Counted from the stretch's first letter, positions 33,312 through 43,682 are shown. The stretch: DNA of 54,589 bases from a candidate division TA06 bacterium SM23_40 (GCA_001303705.1 LJUI01000008.1:1-54589); one strand, 5' to 3'. Numbers and translations: made by a program. Notes: generated from the letters alone by a model not told the origin.

Positions 33312-33677
33312 ATGAATGGCACAAAAGACGATCGACTGCGCATACTGAAGATGCTCGAACAGGGCAAGATCACCGCCGAGGAGGCGGAAAAGCTCCTCGA
33401 TGCACTCATACCAGAGGGAAGGGTCGGCGCGGAGGAATCGGGCGGCAAGATGCTCCGCTTACGCGTCTGGCAGGGGGGCGAACAGAAGGTGAACGTCAAC
33501 ATTCCCATCACGCTCGCCAAGTTGGCGGCTCGGTTCATCCCCGATGATGCAAAGGCGAAGATGGGCGAGAAGGACATCGATGTCGATGAGCTCGTGGCCC
33601 ATATCGAGAACGGCGCGCAGGGGAAGATCGTGGAAGTCGATGACGGGGAGGACCGGGTCGAGGTGACTATCGAGTGA
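33312..33677 (+). CDS. YvlB/LiaX-like N-terminal SHOCT domain protein
   Basis: DRLRILKMLEQGKITAEEAEKLLDAL, LRLRV...KVNVNIP, KIVEVD..DRVEVTIE; GAGGAG RBS. Confidence 0.85.
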   Translation: MNGTKDDRLRILKMLEQGKITAEEAEKLLDALIPEGRVGAEESGGKMLRLRVWQGGEQKVNVNIPITLAKLAARFIPDDAKAKMGEKDIDVDELVAHIENGAQGKIVEVDDGEDRVEVTIE

Positions 33678-33756
33678 TGGCATGAGAGTGCGTTACATCG
33701 GCCCCGCCCCTTACCGGATTTCGGCCTCCGGAGCAGGACCCCGGGGCGTACAGGGA

Positions 33757-33782
33757 AACCGGCCGGATCGACCCGGCCGGTT
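33757..33782. terminator. hairpin between the convergent SHOCT operon and secA (possibly bidirectional terminator)
   Basis: AACCGGCCGG-ATCGAC-CCGGCCGGTT perfect 10-bp stem. Confidence 0.55.
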
Positions 33783-33810
33783 CTCGACAGGAATTGGCTG
33801 AAGCAGCTCC

Positions 33811-36800
33811 CTAACGCCCGCAGCACTTCTTGTACTTCTTCCCGCTGCCACACGGGCACGGATCATTCCGACCAACCTTCTTTCCCACTCGCACCGGGCT
33901 CGGCCTTTCCGCCCCCGCGCGTCCCGCAGGCTCAGGCCGCGCCTCCGGTCGCCCCGCCGGCTCTCCCGCGACCATAGGAGCCACCGTACTCGGCTTCATA
34001 GCTCGCACGGGAGGGGCCACATCGAGCTTCCGCTCAGCGACCCGTCGAGGTTCCCGAGCCGCCACCTGAAACCTGAACAGATACCTGATCACATCTTCGT
34101 AGATCTCAGTCAGCAGCTCCTCGAACATACGGAAGCTCTCTGATTTGTACTCGAGCAGCGGGTCTTTCTGACCATATGCGCGCAGACCGATGCCTTCCCG
34201 CATGGCATCGATGGCGCGCAGGTGATCGCGCCAGCGGTCATCGATCGTCCTGAGCAGAATCGCTCGCTCGAGCTGCCGCATATCCTCGGATGGAAGCAGG
34301 GCCTCACGTTCACTGTACAGCGAGCGAGCTCGGTGGAGAATAGTCTCATACAGATCATCGACACGGAGACGCTCGCTCTTCTCGTCATCAACCTGGAAAT
34401 CAGACAGAAGGAATAGCCTCATCAGTTCATTGCGCAGGCCCTGCCAGTCCCACGTCTCCGGATAGGCACGGGAGTCGGTATGCTGCTCGACGACTCTCTC
34501 CACGACCGTCGCAATCACTTCGTCGACCCGGTCTCTGACGTCCGCCTCTTCCAACACCTGCTGTCGCAGCTGGTAGATCGTGGACCGCTGTTTATTCATC
34601 ACGTTGTCGTACTCCAGCAGCCGCTTACGTATATCGAAGTTATATCCCTCGATCCGCTCCTGGGCCCGCTCGATCGCGCGCGTCACCATGTTGTGTTCGA
34701 TCGGCTGCCCTTCCTCCACCCAAAGCTTGTTCATGACCGATGCGACCCATTCAGAAGCAAAGAGTCGCATCAGATCGTCTTCCAGCGAAAGATAGAATCG
34801 GGAGGAACCCGGATCCCCCTGACGTCCGCACCGCCCCCGGAGCTGACGATCTATCCTTCTCGCCTCATGTCGCTCAGTTCCAACGATGTGGAGGCCGCAG
34901 GGGACAGCCCCGGGACAGCGGCCCGGCTCCTCATCCCAGTACCGGCATGCACCATCCCCCGATACGAGATAGCACGCCTCACCCTTCACCACGCCCGTAC
35001 CGAGCTTTATGTCCGTCCCCCTGCCGGCCATATTCGTGGCGATGGTTACAGCGCCTGGCTCGCCGGCCAGCGCGACGATCTCAGCCTCCTTCTGATGGTA
35101 CTTCGCGTTGAGTACTGAGTGCTTGATGCCTCGTCGTTTCAGCATCCTCGAAAGGGTCTCGGAGACTTCGACGCTCACGGTCCCCACGAGAACGGGACGT
35201 TCCTGCTCGTGCAGGGAGACGATTTCGTCTATGACCGCGTTGTATTTCTCACGCCTCGTCTTGTATACCAGGTCAGCGTAGTCGATCCGGCGAACGGGTT
35301 CATTCGTCGGTATGACAACCACCTCGAGGCCGTAGTTCTCGTAAAATTCGGCCTGCTCGGTCTCCGCGGTCCCCGTCATACCTGCCAGTTTCTCATAGAG
35401 CTTGAAGTAGTTCTGGAGGGTAATGGTAGCCATCGTCTGAGTCTCGCGCTCGATGGTGACGCCCTCCTTGGCCTCAAGCGCCTCGTGAAGACCGTCACTG
35501 AACCTCCTGCCCGGCATCAGCCTGCCGGTGAACTCGTCCACTATGATGACCCGGCCATCGGTGACGACGTATTCCACGTCCTTCTCGAACAGCGAGTAAG
35601 CCTTGAGCAGTTGTCTGATATTATGGAGACGTTCGCTCTTCTCAGCGAACACCCTGTGCAGCCGTTCCTCCTTTTCCACGCGCTGCTGAGGCGTCAGGCT
35701 CTCGTCGCGCCGTATCTCTTCCACCTCGACAGCCAGGTCGGGTAAGACGAAGAACTCCGGATCGTCGGGGGCGATTGCATTCCGCCCTCTCTCAGATAGA
35801 TCAGTAACCTGGCCCCTCTCGTCGATGCTGAAGAAGAGCTCTTCGTCTATCTCGCCCATGCGTTTGTCGCGCGTATATTCCGATTCCACACGACTGATCA
35901 ACTTCTTGACCCCGACTTCCCCTTCGATCTTCATCAGCCGTTTGTTCTTCGGCGCGCCGCGCCGCGCCTGGAGGAGCTTGATTCCTGCGCCATATTCGTC
36001 CCCTTGATCGAGGAGCTCCTGGGCATCAGCCACAATCCGGTTCACAAGTACAGTCTGCTGATGAACAACTCGATCCACTACGGGCTTCAACTTATCGAAT
36101 TGGTGGAGCGAATGCTCGACCACGCCAGAGATGATGAGCGGAGTTCTCGCCTCGTCGATAAGGACGCTGTCAACTTCATCGACGATGACATAGTAGTGCC
36201 CGCGCTGAACCTGGTCTTCGATCCTCACAGCCATGTTGTCGCGCAGGTAATCGAAACCGAATTCGTTGTTCGTCCCGTGAGTCACATCGCATTCGTACTC
36301 GCGCTTTCGCTCGATCGGCGTCATTCCCGCCTGAATGCATCCGACTGTCAATCCGAGGAACTCATATACCTTCCCCATCCACTCTCGGTCGCGTTGTGCA
36401 AGGTAATCGTTCACCGTCACCACGTGGACCCCTCTCCCCAGCAGGGCATTCAGGTAGACAGGCATGGTGGCAACAAGCGTCTTGCCCTCTCCTGTCGCCA
36501 TCTCCGCAATCTTCCCGCGGGGGCTCTTCTCGCGCTTCTCTATGTCTTTCGACCAACGCTCTCTCCAGTTGCCGGAGCGCTGATGGAGAACGATCGCCCC
36601 CATGAGCTGAACATCGAAGGGCACCATGTCCCAGGTGGTATCTATTCCGCACACTCGCCAGGTCTGCCCGACGAGCCTTCGGCACGCCTCTTTGACGACG
36701 GCGTAGGCTCTTGGCAGAAGATCATCGAGCACCTCTGCCTGACGGATCTCGAGTGCGGCCACGGCATCATGTTCCTCCTCGCGGCAGTCTTCGAGCTCCC

Positions 36801-37101
36801 GTTCCAGCTCATCGATGTCTCCCTCTATCACCTCGGACCTGGCCCTCTTTCGCACATCACCCAGTTCGTCCATCAGTTCCGTGCGCCGCGCCCGGACCTC
36901 GTCAACATGTACCCTGAGCTCCTCCGTCGCCTCCGCGACGGCCGCACGTAGCTCATCCGTCTTCCCGCGCAGCTGTTCATCGGTGAGGTGATACAGATCC
37001 GCATAGATCTGATTAATCTCGTCGACAAGCGGGAGGAGTTTCTTCAGCTCGCGCTCGTTCTTCGAGCCTCCCATTACCTTTCTGAGGACTTTCGTAAGCA
37101 C
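33811..37101 (-). CDS. secA: preprotein translocase ATPase SecA (long form, SEC-C tail)
   Basis: MATGEGKT, TVNDYLA, DEVDSVLIDEARTPLII, TNMAGRGTDI, QLRGRCGRQGDPG, GRNDPCPCGSGKKYKKCC. Confidence 0.98.
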   Translation of the reverse strand: MLTKVLRKVMGGSKNERELKKLLPLVDEINQIYADLYHLTDEQLRGKTDELRAAVAEATEELRVHVDEVRARRTELMDELGDVRKRARSEVIEGDIDELERELEDCREEEHDAVAALEIRQAEVLDDLLPRAYAVVKEACRRLVGQTWRVCGIDTTWDMVPFDVQLMGAIVLHQRSGNWRERWSKDIEKREKSPRGKIAEMATGEGKTLVATMPVYLNALLGRGVHVVTVNDYLAQRDREWMGKVYEFLGLTVGCIQAGMTPIERKREYECDVTHGTNNEFGFDYLRDNMAVRIEDQVQRGHYYVIVDEVDSVLIDEARTPLIISGVVEHSLHQFDKLKPVVDRVVHQQTVLVNRIVADAQELLDQGDEYGAGIKLLQARRGAPKNKRLMKIEGEVGVKKLISRVESEYTRDKRMGEIDEELFFSIDERGQVTDLSERGRNAIAPDDPEFFVLPDLAVEVEEIRRDESLTPQQRVEKEERLHRVFAEKSERLHNIRQLLKAYSLFEKDVEYVVTDGRVIIVDEFTGRLMPGRRFSDGLHEALEAKEGVTIERETQTMATITLQNYFKLYEKLAGMTGTAETEQAEFYENYGLEVVVIPTNEPVRRIDYADLVYKTRREKYNAVIDEIVSLHEQERPVLVGTVSVEVSETLSRMLKRRGIKHSVLNAKYHQKEAEIVALAGEPGAVTIATNMAGRGTDIKLGTGVVKGEACYLVSGDGACRYWDEEPGRCPGAVPCGLHIVGTERHEARRIDRQLRGRCGRQGDPGSSRFYLSLEDDLMRLFASEWVASVMNKLWVEEGQPIEHNMVTRAIERAQERIEGYNFDIRKRLLEYDNVMNKQRSTIYQLRQQVLEEADVRDRVDEVIATVVERVVEQHTDSRAYPETWDWQGLRNELMRLFLLSDFQVDDEKSERLRVDDLYETILHRARSLYSEREALLPSEDMRQLERAILLRTIDDRWRDHLRAIDAMREGIGLRAYGQKDPLLEYKSESFRMFEELLTEIYEDVIRYLFRFQVAAREPRRVAERKLDVAPPVRAMKPSTVAPMVAGEPAGRPEARPEPAGRAGAERPSPVRVGKKVGRNDPCPCGSGKKYKKCCGR

Positions 37102-37260
37102 GTCAACCTCGTAGTATGGCGTACAAGACCCTTCTCCATGCTATCCCAACTGCACCTGGATATTCTTCGAGGCCCGGCGCCCCGCAGGACATCGGCGGGA
37201 ACCGGACGTAGACGCCTCCTGGCGGATGCCCATGTACCGCCTGATGATCGACACCGGCCC

Positions 37261-38790
37261 TTACGACTTCAGGCCGAAAAACCGCCGAATGCCGTGGAGA
37301 ATCGATCGACGTGTCGCCTCCCTCTCCTCGATCGGAACCTCCTTCGCCTCGAGGAGCCGCGCCCGCGTCGCCTTCTCGCGCTCGTCCAGGATCTTGCACA
37401 GTTCCTCGGCTATTGCCGGATTCCGTTCCAGGATGGTGGCAAACTGAGCCTTATCCACGATGAGCACATTCGTGTCCTGGAGAGCCGTGACTGTGGCGTT
37501 CCGCGGCGCCCCCGTCAACAATGACATCTCTCCGAAGAACGAACCATCGCCGAGCCGGGCGACCTCGGCCGAATGGCCCTCCGCATCTCTCACCGTCACC
37601 GAGACTTCACCGCTCACTATGATGTAGAAGCTATCGCCCGGTTCACCCTGTGTCACCAACGTCTCTCCCCGAGCGAAGCGTCCGAGCCTGAGCTGTCTGC
37701 TGATGCGCGCGAGTTCATCCTCGGAGAGTGGCGCGAAGATCTCGACTCTCTTCAGCAACTCCCGATGGCGATCGACCTCAGCCCGGCGTTCCCTCTCGGC
37801 CTCCTCCTCAGTAACCTGATGCAGATAGACAGTTCGGATGGGGAATGGTATCTCGATACCAGTCCGTTTGAAGCGGTACCATATCTTCGTCCTCACCTCA
37901 TCTTCGATATCGAGATGGGCTGCGAAATCGGCCGTCCAGAACTTCACAACGTACCTGACCGAGAAGTCATCGAATCCCTGAAGGCGAACGATGGGAGCCG
38001 GCCGTCTCAGCACCCTCGGGACCTCGAGTGAGGCCTCGATCATGCGCCTCTTCACCTCCCCGGGAGGCACGCCGTAGCTCACGCCCACCTCGATCTCCCG
38101 TGCATGCGCCCGCGTGGGCACCGAGTAGTTGATGATCTTCTCCTTCGCCAGCGACCCGTTCGGCATGATCACATAGTCGTTGCCCAGGGTCCGGATTCTC
38201 GTCGCTCTCCAGCTCATATCGACGACCTGCCCCGTGTCGGTCCCCACAGTGATCCAGTGGCCGATATCGAACGGTCTCTCGAAGTTGAGAGCAATGCCGC
38301 TGAAGAGGTTGCCCAGGATATCCTGAAGGGCAATGCCGATGACGATAGCCGCCACGGCAGACGTGGCAAAGAGCGGCGCAAGACTGAATTGCGGATAGAG
38401 GCTCTTGAGCAGCGCGAAGATGACGATGAGTACGAGTATCCAGCGGATGATTGTCCGGAACAGAACTGGTATCTTGACCTCACGACGAGGGAGCACGACG
38501 AGATCAAAAAAGAAGACCTCGATCAGCCGGAGCAACGTGTACAGAACGAACAGGAGACCGAGAGCGGTCAAGATCTGGAGAGAGAGCGGCGACAGGGAGA
38601 ACGGCGCGAACTGCAGGGCGATCCATACCGCGGCAAGGAGAAAAAGAAGGTGGAGTGGCCAGGCGATCTTGCGAAAGGTCTCGAGCCTGCTCACAAATCG
38701 CCATATGAGATGGAGCAGGAGAAAGGTTCCCACGCCCACGGCCACAGAGACGATCAGGCCAATGGCGAGAGAAGAGGGGGTCTCGGGCAC
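37261..38790 (-). CDS. MscS-family channel with C-terminal cyclic-nucleotide-binding domain
   Basis: GIALQDILGNLFSG..ERPF.IG.WI MscS core; QGEPGDSFYII...FFGEMSLLTGAPRNATV cNMP domain. Confidence 0.92.
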   Translation of the reverse strand: MPETPSSLAIGLIVSVAVGVGTFLLLHLIWRFVSRLETFRKIAWPLHLLFLLAAVWIALQFAPFSLSPLSLQILTALGLLFVLYTLLRLIEVFFFDLVVLPRREVKIPVLFRTIIRWILVLIVIFALLKSLYPQFSLAPLFATSAVAAIVIGIALQDILGNLFSGIALNFERPFDIGHWITVGTDTGQVVDMSWRATRIRTLGNDYVIMPNGSLAKEKIINYSVPTRAHAREIEVGVSYGVPPGEVKRRMIEASLEVPRVLRRPAPIVRLQGFDDFSVRYVVKFWTADFAAHLDIEDEVRTKIWYRFKRTGIEIPFPIRTVYLHQVTEEEAERERRAEVDRHRELLKRVEIFAPLSEDELARISRQLRLGRFARGETLVTQGEPGDSFYIIVSGEVSVTVRDAEGHSAEVARLGDGSFFGEMSLLTGAPRNATVTALQDTNVLIVDKAQFATILERNPAIAEELCKILDEREKATRARLLEAKEVPIEEREATRRSILHGIRRFFGLKS

Positions 38791-38888
38791 TCTACCTACT
38801 CCTTTCGGCGCGCTCGTCGACGCAATGCACTACCTGTGCCCAGACCGATGGAGAGACCGACAGTACGGCACGGCTGAGGGGTGGAGCG

Positions 38889-39287
38889 TCACTTCGACTT
38901 CCCCTTGCCCCCCTTGGTCTTCTCGGACAGCTCGTACCCCACGAGTTCCAGTATCGAGACTGACGCACCATCTCCTCTACGCCGCCCGAGCTTGATGATG
39001 CGCGTATAACCTCCGTTACGCCCTTCGTATCGGGGAGCGATCTCCTCGAACAGCTTCCGGACGACCTTCTTATCTCTCAGCGAGCGCAGGACAACTCTCC
39101 TCGATGCCAGACTACCATCTCGCGCCCGCGTTATGAGCCGCTCCGCGACTCTGCGGGCTTCCTTCGCCTTCGCATCGGTTGTCCGCACACGCTCATGCTC
39201 GAACAGGGCAGTCACAAGGTTCTCAAGCATCGCCTTGCGGTGAGCACTCGTGCGTCCCAGTCTGTTTCCATCTTTCCTGTGACGCAT
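38889..39287 (-). CDS. rplQ: 50S ribosomal protein L17
   Basis: MRHRK..LGRTSAHR, GGYTRIIK. Confidence 0.98.
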   Translation of the reverse strand: MRHRKDGNRLGRTSAHRKAMLENLVTALFEHERVRTTDAKAKEARRVAERLITRARDGSLASRRVVLRSLRDKKVVRKLFEEIAPRYEGRNGGYTRIIKLGRRRGDGASVSILELVGYELSEKTKGGKGKSK

Positions 39288-39301
39288 ACCAGACGTCCCC
39301 T

Positions 39302-40291
39302 CTAGGCTTCCTTCTGTGGTTCTTTCTTCACGTACTTCGAGATATCCATCCCGAAAGAGAGTCCGAGCTTTTTCAGAATCCCGTTGAGCTCTCCCAGTGA
39401 CTTCTTCCCGAAGTTCCTGTATTTCAGCATCTCCACTTCCGACTTCTGCACCAGATCGCCCAACGTCTTGATCCTGGCGGCTGCCAGACAGTTTGCTGAC
39501 CGAACGGACAGCTCCAGCTCGTCGACACTTCTCGCCAGAAGCTCCCGCATCCGCTCCACTTCCTCGTCAATCTCTTCTTCTTCCTGCTCAGCTTCCTCCT
39601 CGAAATTGATGAGCAAGTTCATGTGGTCCTTCATGATCTTTGCTGCGTAAGCCAGCGCGTCATCCGGCCGTATCGTGCCATCGGTCCACACGTCGAGTAT
39701 CAGTTTGTCGTAGTCTGTTCGCTGTCCTACCCGCGTATTCTCGACACGATAGTTCACTTTAGTGATCGGCGAGAAGAACGCATCGAGGGCGATGGTTCCG
39801 ATTGGATTCCGCGGATCTTTCAATTGCTCAGCCGGTACATAGCCCCGGCCAGTACCCAATTGTATTTCCATACGGACCTTGGCGTCGCTCGACACCGTCG
39901 CGATGTGCTGTTCGGGATTCAATATCTCTACATCGACATCAGTTTCGATGTCCCCCGCACGCAGCTCGCGCTTGTTGTCGCTCGTCAGCCAGACAGTCTT
40001 CGATCTCTCGCCCGTCAGCCGAGCCCGGATTTGCTTGAGGTTGAGCACGATCTCCGTAACATCCTCGAGCACCCCCGGTATCGTGCTGAACTCATGCAGT
40101 ACGCCATCGATACGCACGGATGTGATGGCCGCCCCCTCGATAGACGAGAGGAGCACACGGCGCAGAGCGTTTCCCAGTGTGGTGCCGTACCCTCGCTCCA
40201 GCGGACCGACGACGAATCTGCCATAGGTATCGCTGAACGTCTCTGTGTCGATCTCAACCCTCTTAGGCATTTGCAGGCTTTTCTTCTTCAT
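39302..40291 (-). CDS. rpoA: RNA polymerase alpha subunit
   Basis: PLERGYGTTLGNALRRVLLSS, LELSVRSANCL, NFGKKSL. Confidence 0.99.
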   Translation of the reverse strand: MKKKSLQMPKRVEIDTETFSDTYGRFVVGPLERGYGTTLGNALRRVLLSSIEGAAITSVRIDGVLHEFSTIPGVLEDVTEIVLNLKQIRARLTGERSKTVWLTSDNKRELRAGDIETDVDVEILNPEQHIATVSSDAKVRMEIQLGTGRGYVPAEQLKDPRNPIGTIALDAFFSPITKVNYRVENTRVGQRTDYDKLILDVWTDGTIRPDDALAYAAKIMKDHMNLLINFEEEAEQEEEEIDEEVERMRELLARSVDELELSVRSANCLAAARIKTLGDLVQKSEVEMLKYRNFGKKSLGELNGILKKLGLSFGMDISKYVKKEPQKEA

Positions 40292-40333
40292 GACTCCGGC
40301 CCTCCGCCTCTGAGGAGCGTATTGCCACGAAAG

Positions 40334-40963
40334 CTACTTGGAATACAACTCAACGATCTGCTGTAGTTCCACCGGCACCGCCACGTGCTCGAGCGTCGGC
40401 AGCTCCATCATGGTGCCGCGGAACGACTCCCTGTCGAAAGAGAGCCACGCAGGGAGCTCACGCCGGCCGCGCTCTTCGAGACTGGCTTCCACCAGCGGCA
40501 TTGAGCGCCCCTTCTCTCGCAGTTCGACCACGTCGCCAGCACGCAGCAAGAAGGATGGGATGTCTACCCTTTTTCCGTTGACTGTGAAGTGACCGTGCCG
40601 TACAAGCTGTCTGGCTGAAATCCGGGACGGTGCGAATCCGAGTCGGTAGACTGTATTGTCCAGACGACGCTCCAGCAGCTGCACGAGAAGCTCGCTGGTC
40701 ACTCCCTTCATGCGTTCCGCCTTCTTGAAGTAGTTGTGGAATTGTCGCTCGAGCAGCCCGTACATGCGCCGGAGCTTCTGCTTCTCGCGCAGCTGCACGC
40801 CATACCCCGATAGCTTCATCCGCGAATCTCGCCCGCGTTCACCAGGAGGATAGGCGCGCCGCTCCATAGCGCACTTCTCGGTGATGCATCGTTCGCCCTT
40901 CAGGAACAGCTTCGTTCCCTCGCGTCGACAGAGTTTGCATCGCGCGTCGGTATATCGCGCCAT
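40334..40963 (-). CDS. rpsD: 30S ribosomal protein S4 (Zn-binding form)
   Basis: [31 protein letters not shown]. Confidence 0.98.
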   Translation of the reverse strand: MARYTDARCKLCRREGTKLFLKGERCITEKCAMERRAYPPGERGRDSRMKLSGYGVQLREKQKLRRMYGLLERQFHNYFKKAERMKGVTSELLVQLLERRLDNTVYRLGFAPSRISARQLVRHGHFTVNGKRVDIPSFLLRAGDVVELREKGRSMPLVEASLEERGRRELPAWLSFDRESFRGTMMELPTLEHVAVPVELQQIVELYSK

Positions 40964-41011
40964 CGACGAACCTCCCTCGATCCCCCGATGGTGCCGTACC
41001 CCTCGAGTCCA

Positions 41012-41407
41012 CTAAACCCGACGTCTCTTCGGCGGGCGGCATCCATTGTGGGGAATCGGTGTTACGTCCTTTATCGCCACGATGTCGAGCCCTGCGGCCT
41101 GGAGCGACCTGATCGCCGCCTCTCTGCCCGATCCCGGCCCCTTGACCCAGACCTCGACTCTCTTCATGCCAGAACTCAGAGCCTCCTTGGCACAGCTTTC
41201 AGCGGAGACCTGGGCGGCAAAGGGAGTGCTCTTCCTTGACCCCTTGAAGCCAACTCTTCCCGCACTCGACCAACAGACCACATTGCCCTGTGTGTCCGTG
41301 ATGGTCACAATCGTGTTGTTGAAGGTTGCCTGAATGTGAGCAACACCAGTCGGCTCAATGTGACGATCCTTCTTCCGAACCCCTCTCTTCCGTCTCCTGT
41401 CGGCCAC
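41012..41407 (-). CDS. rpsK: 30S ribosomal protein S11
   Basis: [31 protein letters not shown]. Confidence 0.98.
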   Translation of the reverse strand: MADRRRKRGVRKKDRHIEPTGVAHIQATFNNTIVTITDTQGNVVCWSSAGRVGFKGSRKSTPFAAQVSAESCAKEALSSGMKRVEVWVKGPGSGREAAIRSLQAAGLDIVAIKDVTPIPHNGCRPPKRRRV

Positions 41408-41440
41408 GTGCTATCCCTCCACGTAAACGCAAGGTGGGGA

Positions 41441-41815
41441 CTACGCTCGCTTCTTCAGCGTACCAGAGCCCTTCCTGGGACCTCGTCTCGTTCTCGCATT
41501 GGTGTGCGTCCGCTGACCTCGCACGGGTAGACCCCGCTTGTGGCGGATCCCGCGATAGGTCCCGATGTCGATGAGTCGTTTGACGTTCATCGCGACCTCA
41601 GCTCGCAGCGCACCTTCGACCTTGTAGTCAGCTTCTATGGCGCTCCGCAACCTCGCGACCTCCGCCTCAGTCAGGTCCTTGACCTTGCCCCCCGGATCGA
41701 CTCCGGTCTTCTCGATAATTTCCCTTGCAGAAGTTGCCCCGATGCCAAAGATGTAGCGTAGTCCTATCTCTACACGCTTCTCTTTCGGGAGATCGACACC
41801 TGCTATGCGTGCCAT
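41441..41815 (-). CDS. rpsM: 30S ribosomal protein S13
   Basis: [26 protein letters not shown]. Confidence 0.98.
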   Translation of the reverse strand: MARIAGVDLPKEKRVEIGLRYIFGIGATSAREIIEKTGVDPGGKVKDLTEAEVARLRSAIEADYKVEGALRAEVAMNVKRLIDIGTYRGIRHKRGLPVRGQRTHTNARTRRGPRKGSGTLKKRA

Positions 41816-41898
41816 GCCGAAACCTCCTTATCTCATCCAGACTGAGCGGATCGAGTTCCTGCCACACCGCCCGAATTGTACGTCCGCAGCCGGCCTCG

Positions 41899-42012
41899 TC
41901 ACCCCTGGCGCTGTTTGTGCCGAGGATTCTTGCAGATCACGCGCACTACACCCTTCCTGCGGATGATCTTGCAGTGATCGCAGATCTTCTTTATGGAGGC
42001 TCGCACTTTCAT
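41899..42012 (-). CDS. rpmJ: 50S ribosomal protein L36
   Basis: Below the ORF-track cutoff; manual translation [37 protein letters not shown]. Confidence 0.97.
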   Translation of the reverse strand: MKVRASIKKICDHCKIIRRKGVVRVICKNPRHKQRQG

Positions 42013-42048
42013 GGAGATCTTCCCCAAAAACGCTAAGGCCACTCTCTG

Positions 42049-42267
42049 CTACTTGAACCGATAGATGATCCTGCCTCTCGTGAGATCATAAGGGGAGAGT
42101 TCCACAGTGACCCTATCTCCCGGCAGAATCCGTATGAAGTGCATTCTCATCTTTCCCGACACATGCGCAAGGACGCGGTGTCCGTTGTCGAGCTCGACCC
42201 GAAACATCGCGTTCGGGAGCGGCTCGACAACCGTCCCCTCGACCTGAATGGCGTCCTTCTTGGGCAT
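42049..42267 (-). CDS. infA: translation initiation factor IF-1
   Basis: [35 protein letters not shown]. Confidence 0.98.
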   Translation of the reverse strand: MPKKDAIQVEGTVVEPLPNAMFRVELDNGHRVLAHVSGKMRMHFIRILPGDRVTVELSPYDLTRGRIIYRFK

Positions 42268-42270
42268 GAT

Positions 42271-43029
42271 CTACGTCCCTCGCTTGTCCGCGGTCAGAAC
42301 CCTGGGTCCGTTCTCAGTAACGACTATGGTGTGTTCGAAGTGAGCCGAATGGGAACCATCACGCGTTACGCATGTCCACCCGTCGGGAAGCGTCTCGACT
42401 TCGGGCCCGCCGGCATTGACCATCGGCTCGATCGCAAGCACCATGCCGGCCTTGAGCTTTGGGCCCCGCCCCGGCGGCCCGAAGTTCGGTATGGGAGGAT
42501 CCTCCCAGAGCTCGGTACCGATGCCGTGGCCGGTCAGCTTCTCAACGACCGAGAACCCCGCCCGCTCCACGCACCGCTGAACAGCGTGCGATATATCGGA
42601 GAGTCTGTTGCCCACCCTGGCCTGGCCTATGCCGTCCATGAGAGCGGCCTCAGTAACGGCCAGGAGCCGCAGGACCTCGGGAGACACGCTCCCCACGGCG
42701 AAGGTCCGAGCGCCATCCCCGAAATACCCATCCTTCTTGACGCCCACATCGATACTGACTACGTCGCCGTCAGCAATCGTCCTGTCGGACGGGATGCCGT
42801 GAACAACCTCCTCATTGAATGATATGCAGACCGCACCCGGGAAGCCATGCCAGCCACGAAACGCCGCCTTGCCGTTTTCCCGCTCGATAAGGGCCTCGAT
42901 TCTCTCCTCGAGTTCCCCGGACGTCACTCCCGGCCGCAGCCATCGCTCGACGCTCGATAGCACGAGAGCGACAATGCGACAACACTCTCCGATCGTCCTG
43001 ATCTCTCGCTCAGATCTGAGAACGATCAT
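42271..43029 (-). CDS. map: methionine aminopeptidase type I
   Basis: VVHGIP, DVG...GD, GHGIG, AIEPM, AHFEHT. Confidence 0.97.
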   Translation of the reverse strand: MIVLRSEREIRTIGECCRIVALVLSSVERWLRPGVTSGELEERIEALIERENGKAAFRGWHGFPGAVCISFNEEVVHGIPSDRTIADGDVVSIDVGVKKDGYFGDGARTFAVGSVSPEVLRLLAVTEAALMDGIGQARVGNRLSDISHAVQRCVERAGFSVVEKLTGHGIGTELWEDPPIPNFGPPGRGPKLKAGMVLAIEPMVNAGGPEVETLPDGWTCVTRDGSHSAHFEHTIVVTENGPRVLTADKRGT

Positions 43030-43682
43030 GGGGAGATCCCCCGGGTGATTTCTCTGCGTATCCTCCCATAGACTTCTTCCAGTGTTCCGTTCCCATCGAC
43101 CGCCGCGAGAATCGACCGCTGCCGATAGAATCCACGAAGCGGATCGGTCTGCTCGTTATAGACTCGAAGACGCTCCGCGACAGTCTCCCGACGGTCATCC
43201 TCGCGCTGAATGAGCTTGCCGCCGCAGGCATCGCACAGACCTTTTCGCGCCGGCGCCTTCGTTACGAGATTGAAGACCCGCCCACACTCGCTGCAGACAT
43301 AACGCCGGCTGAGCCGCTCGATAACATTCTCTTCCGTGACGTCGAGCGAGATAACGACATCGAGGGTGACGCCACGGCTGCTGAGCATCCGGTCCAGCCC
43401 TTCTGCCTGAGCGATAGTCCGCGGGAATCCATCGAAAAGGAATCCGTTCGCAGCATCATCCGAAGAGATCCGCTCCTCGATCAAGCCGAGAATGACGTCA
43501 TCGGGCACGAGATCGCCCTTGTCCATGTACCCCTTCGCCTTCAGCCCCAGCTCGGACCCATTCCGTGCAGCCTCGCGCAGGATGTCGCCGGTCGAGATCT
43601 TGGGTATCCCGAACTCCCTGGATATCCGCTCAGCCTGTGTCCCTTTCCCTGCACCAGGCGGTCCAAGTAACACGAGACGCAT
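43026..43682 (-). CDS. adk: adenylate kinase (Zn-lid)
   Basis: GPPGAGKGTQ, DGFPRT, CSEC...CDAC lid. Confidence 0.98.
   Translation of the reverse strand: MRLVLLGPPGAGKGTQAERISREFGIPKISTGDILREAARNGSELGLKAKGYMDKGDLVPDDVILGLIEERISSDDAANGFLFDGFPRTIAQAEGLDRMLSSRGVTLDVVISLDVTEENVIERLSRRYVCSECGRVFNLVTKAPARKGLCDACGGKLIQREDDRRETVAERLRVYNEQTDPLRGFYRQRSILAAVDGNGTLEEVYGRIRREITRGISP

Noticed and set aside
33688..33697. Partner transposon end (…GTTACA) closing the DUF2089 operon
   Set aside because: No inverted AGAAATGTCC repeats and no target-site duplication.
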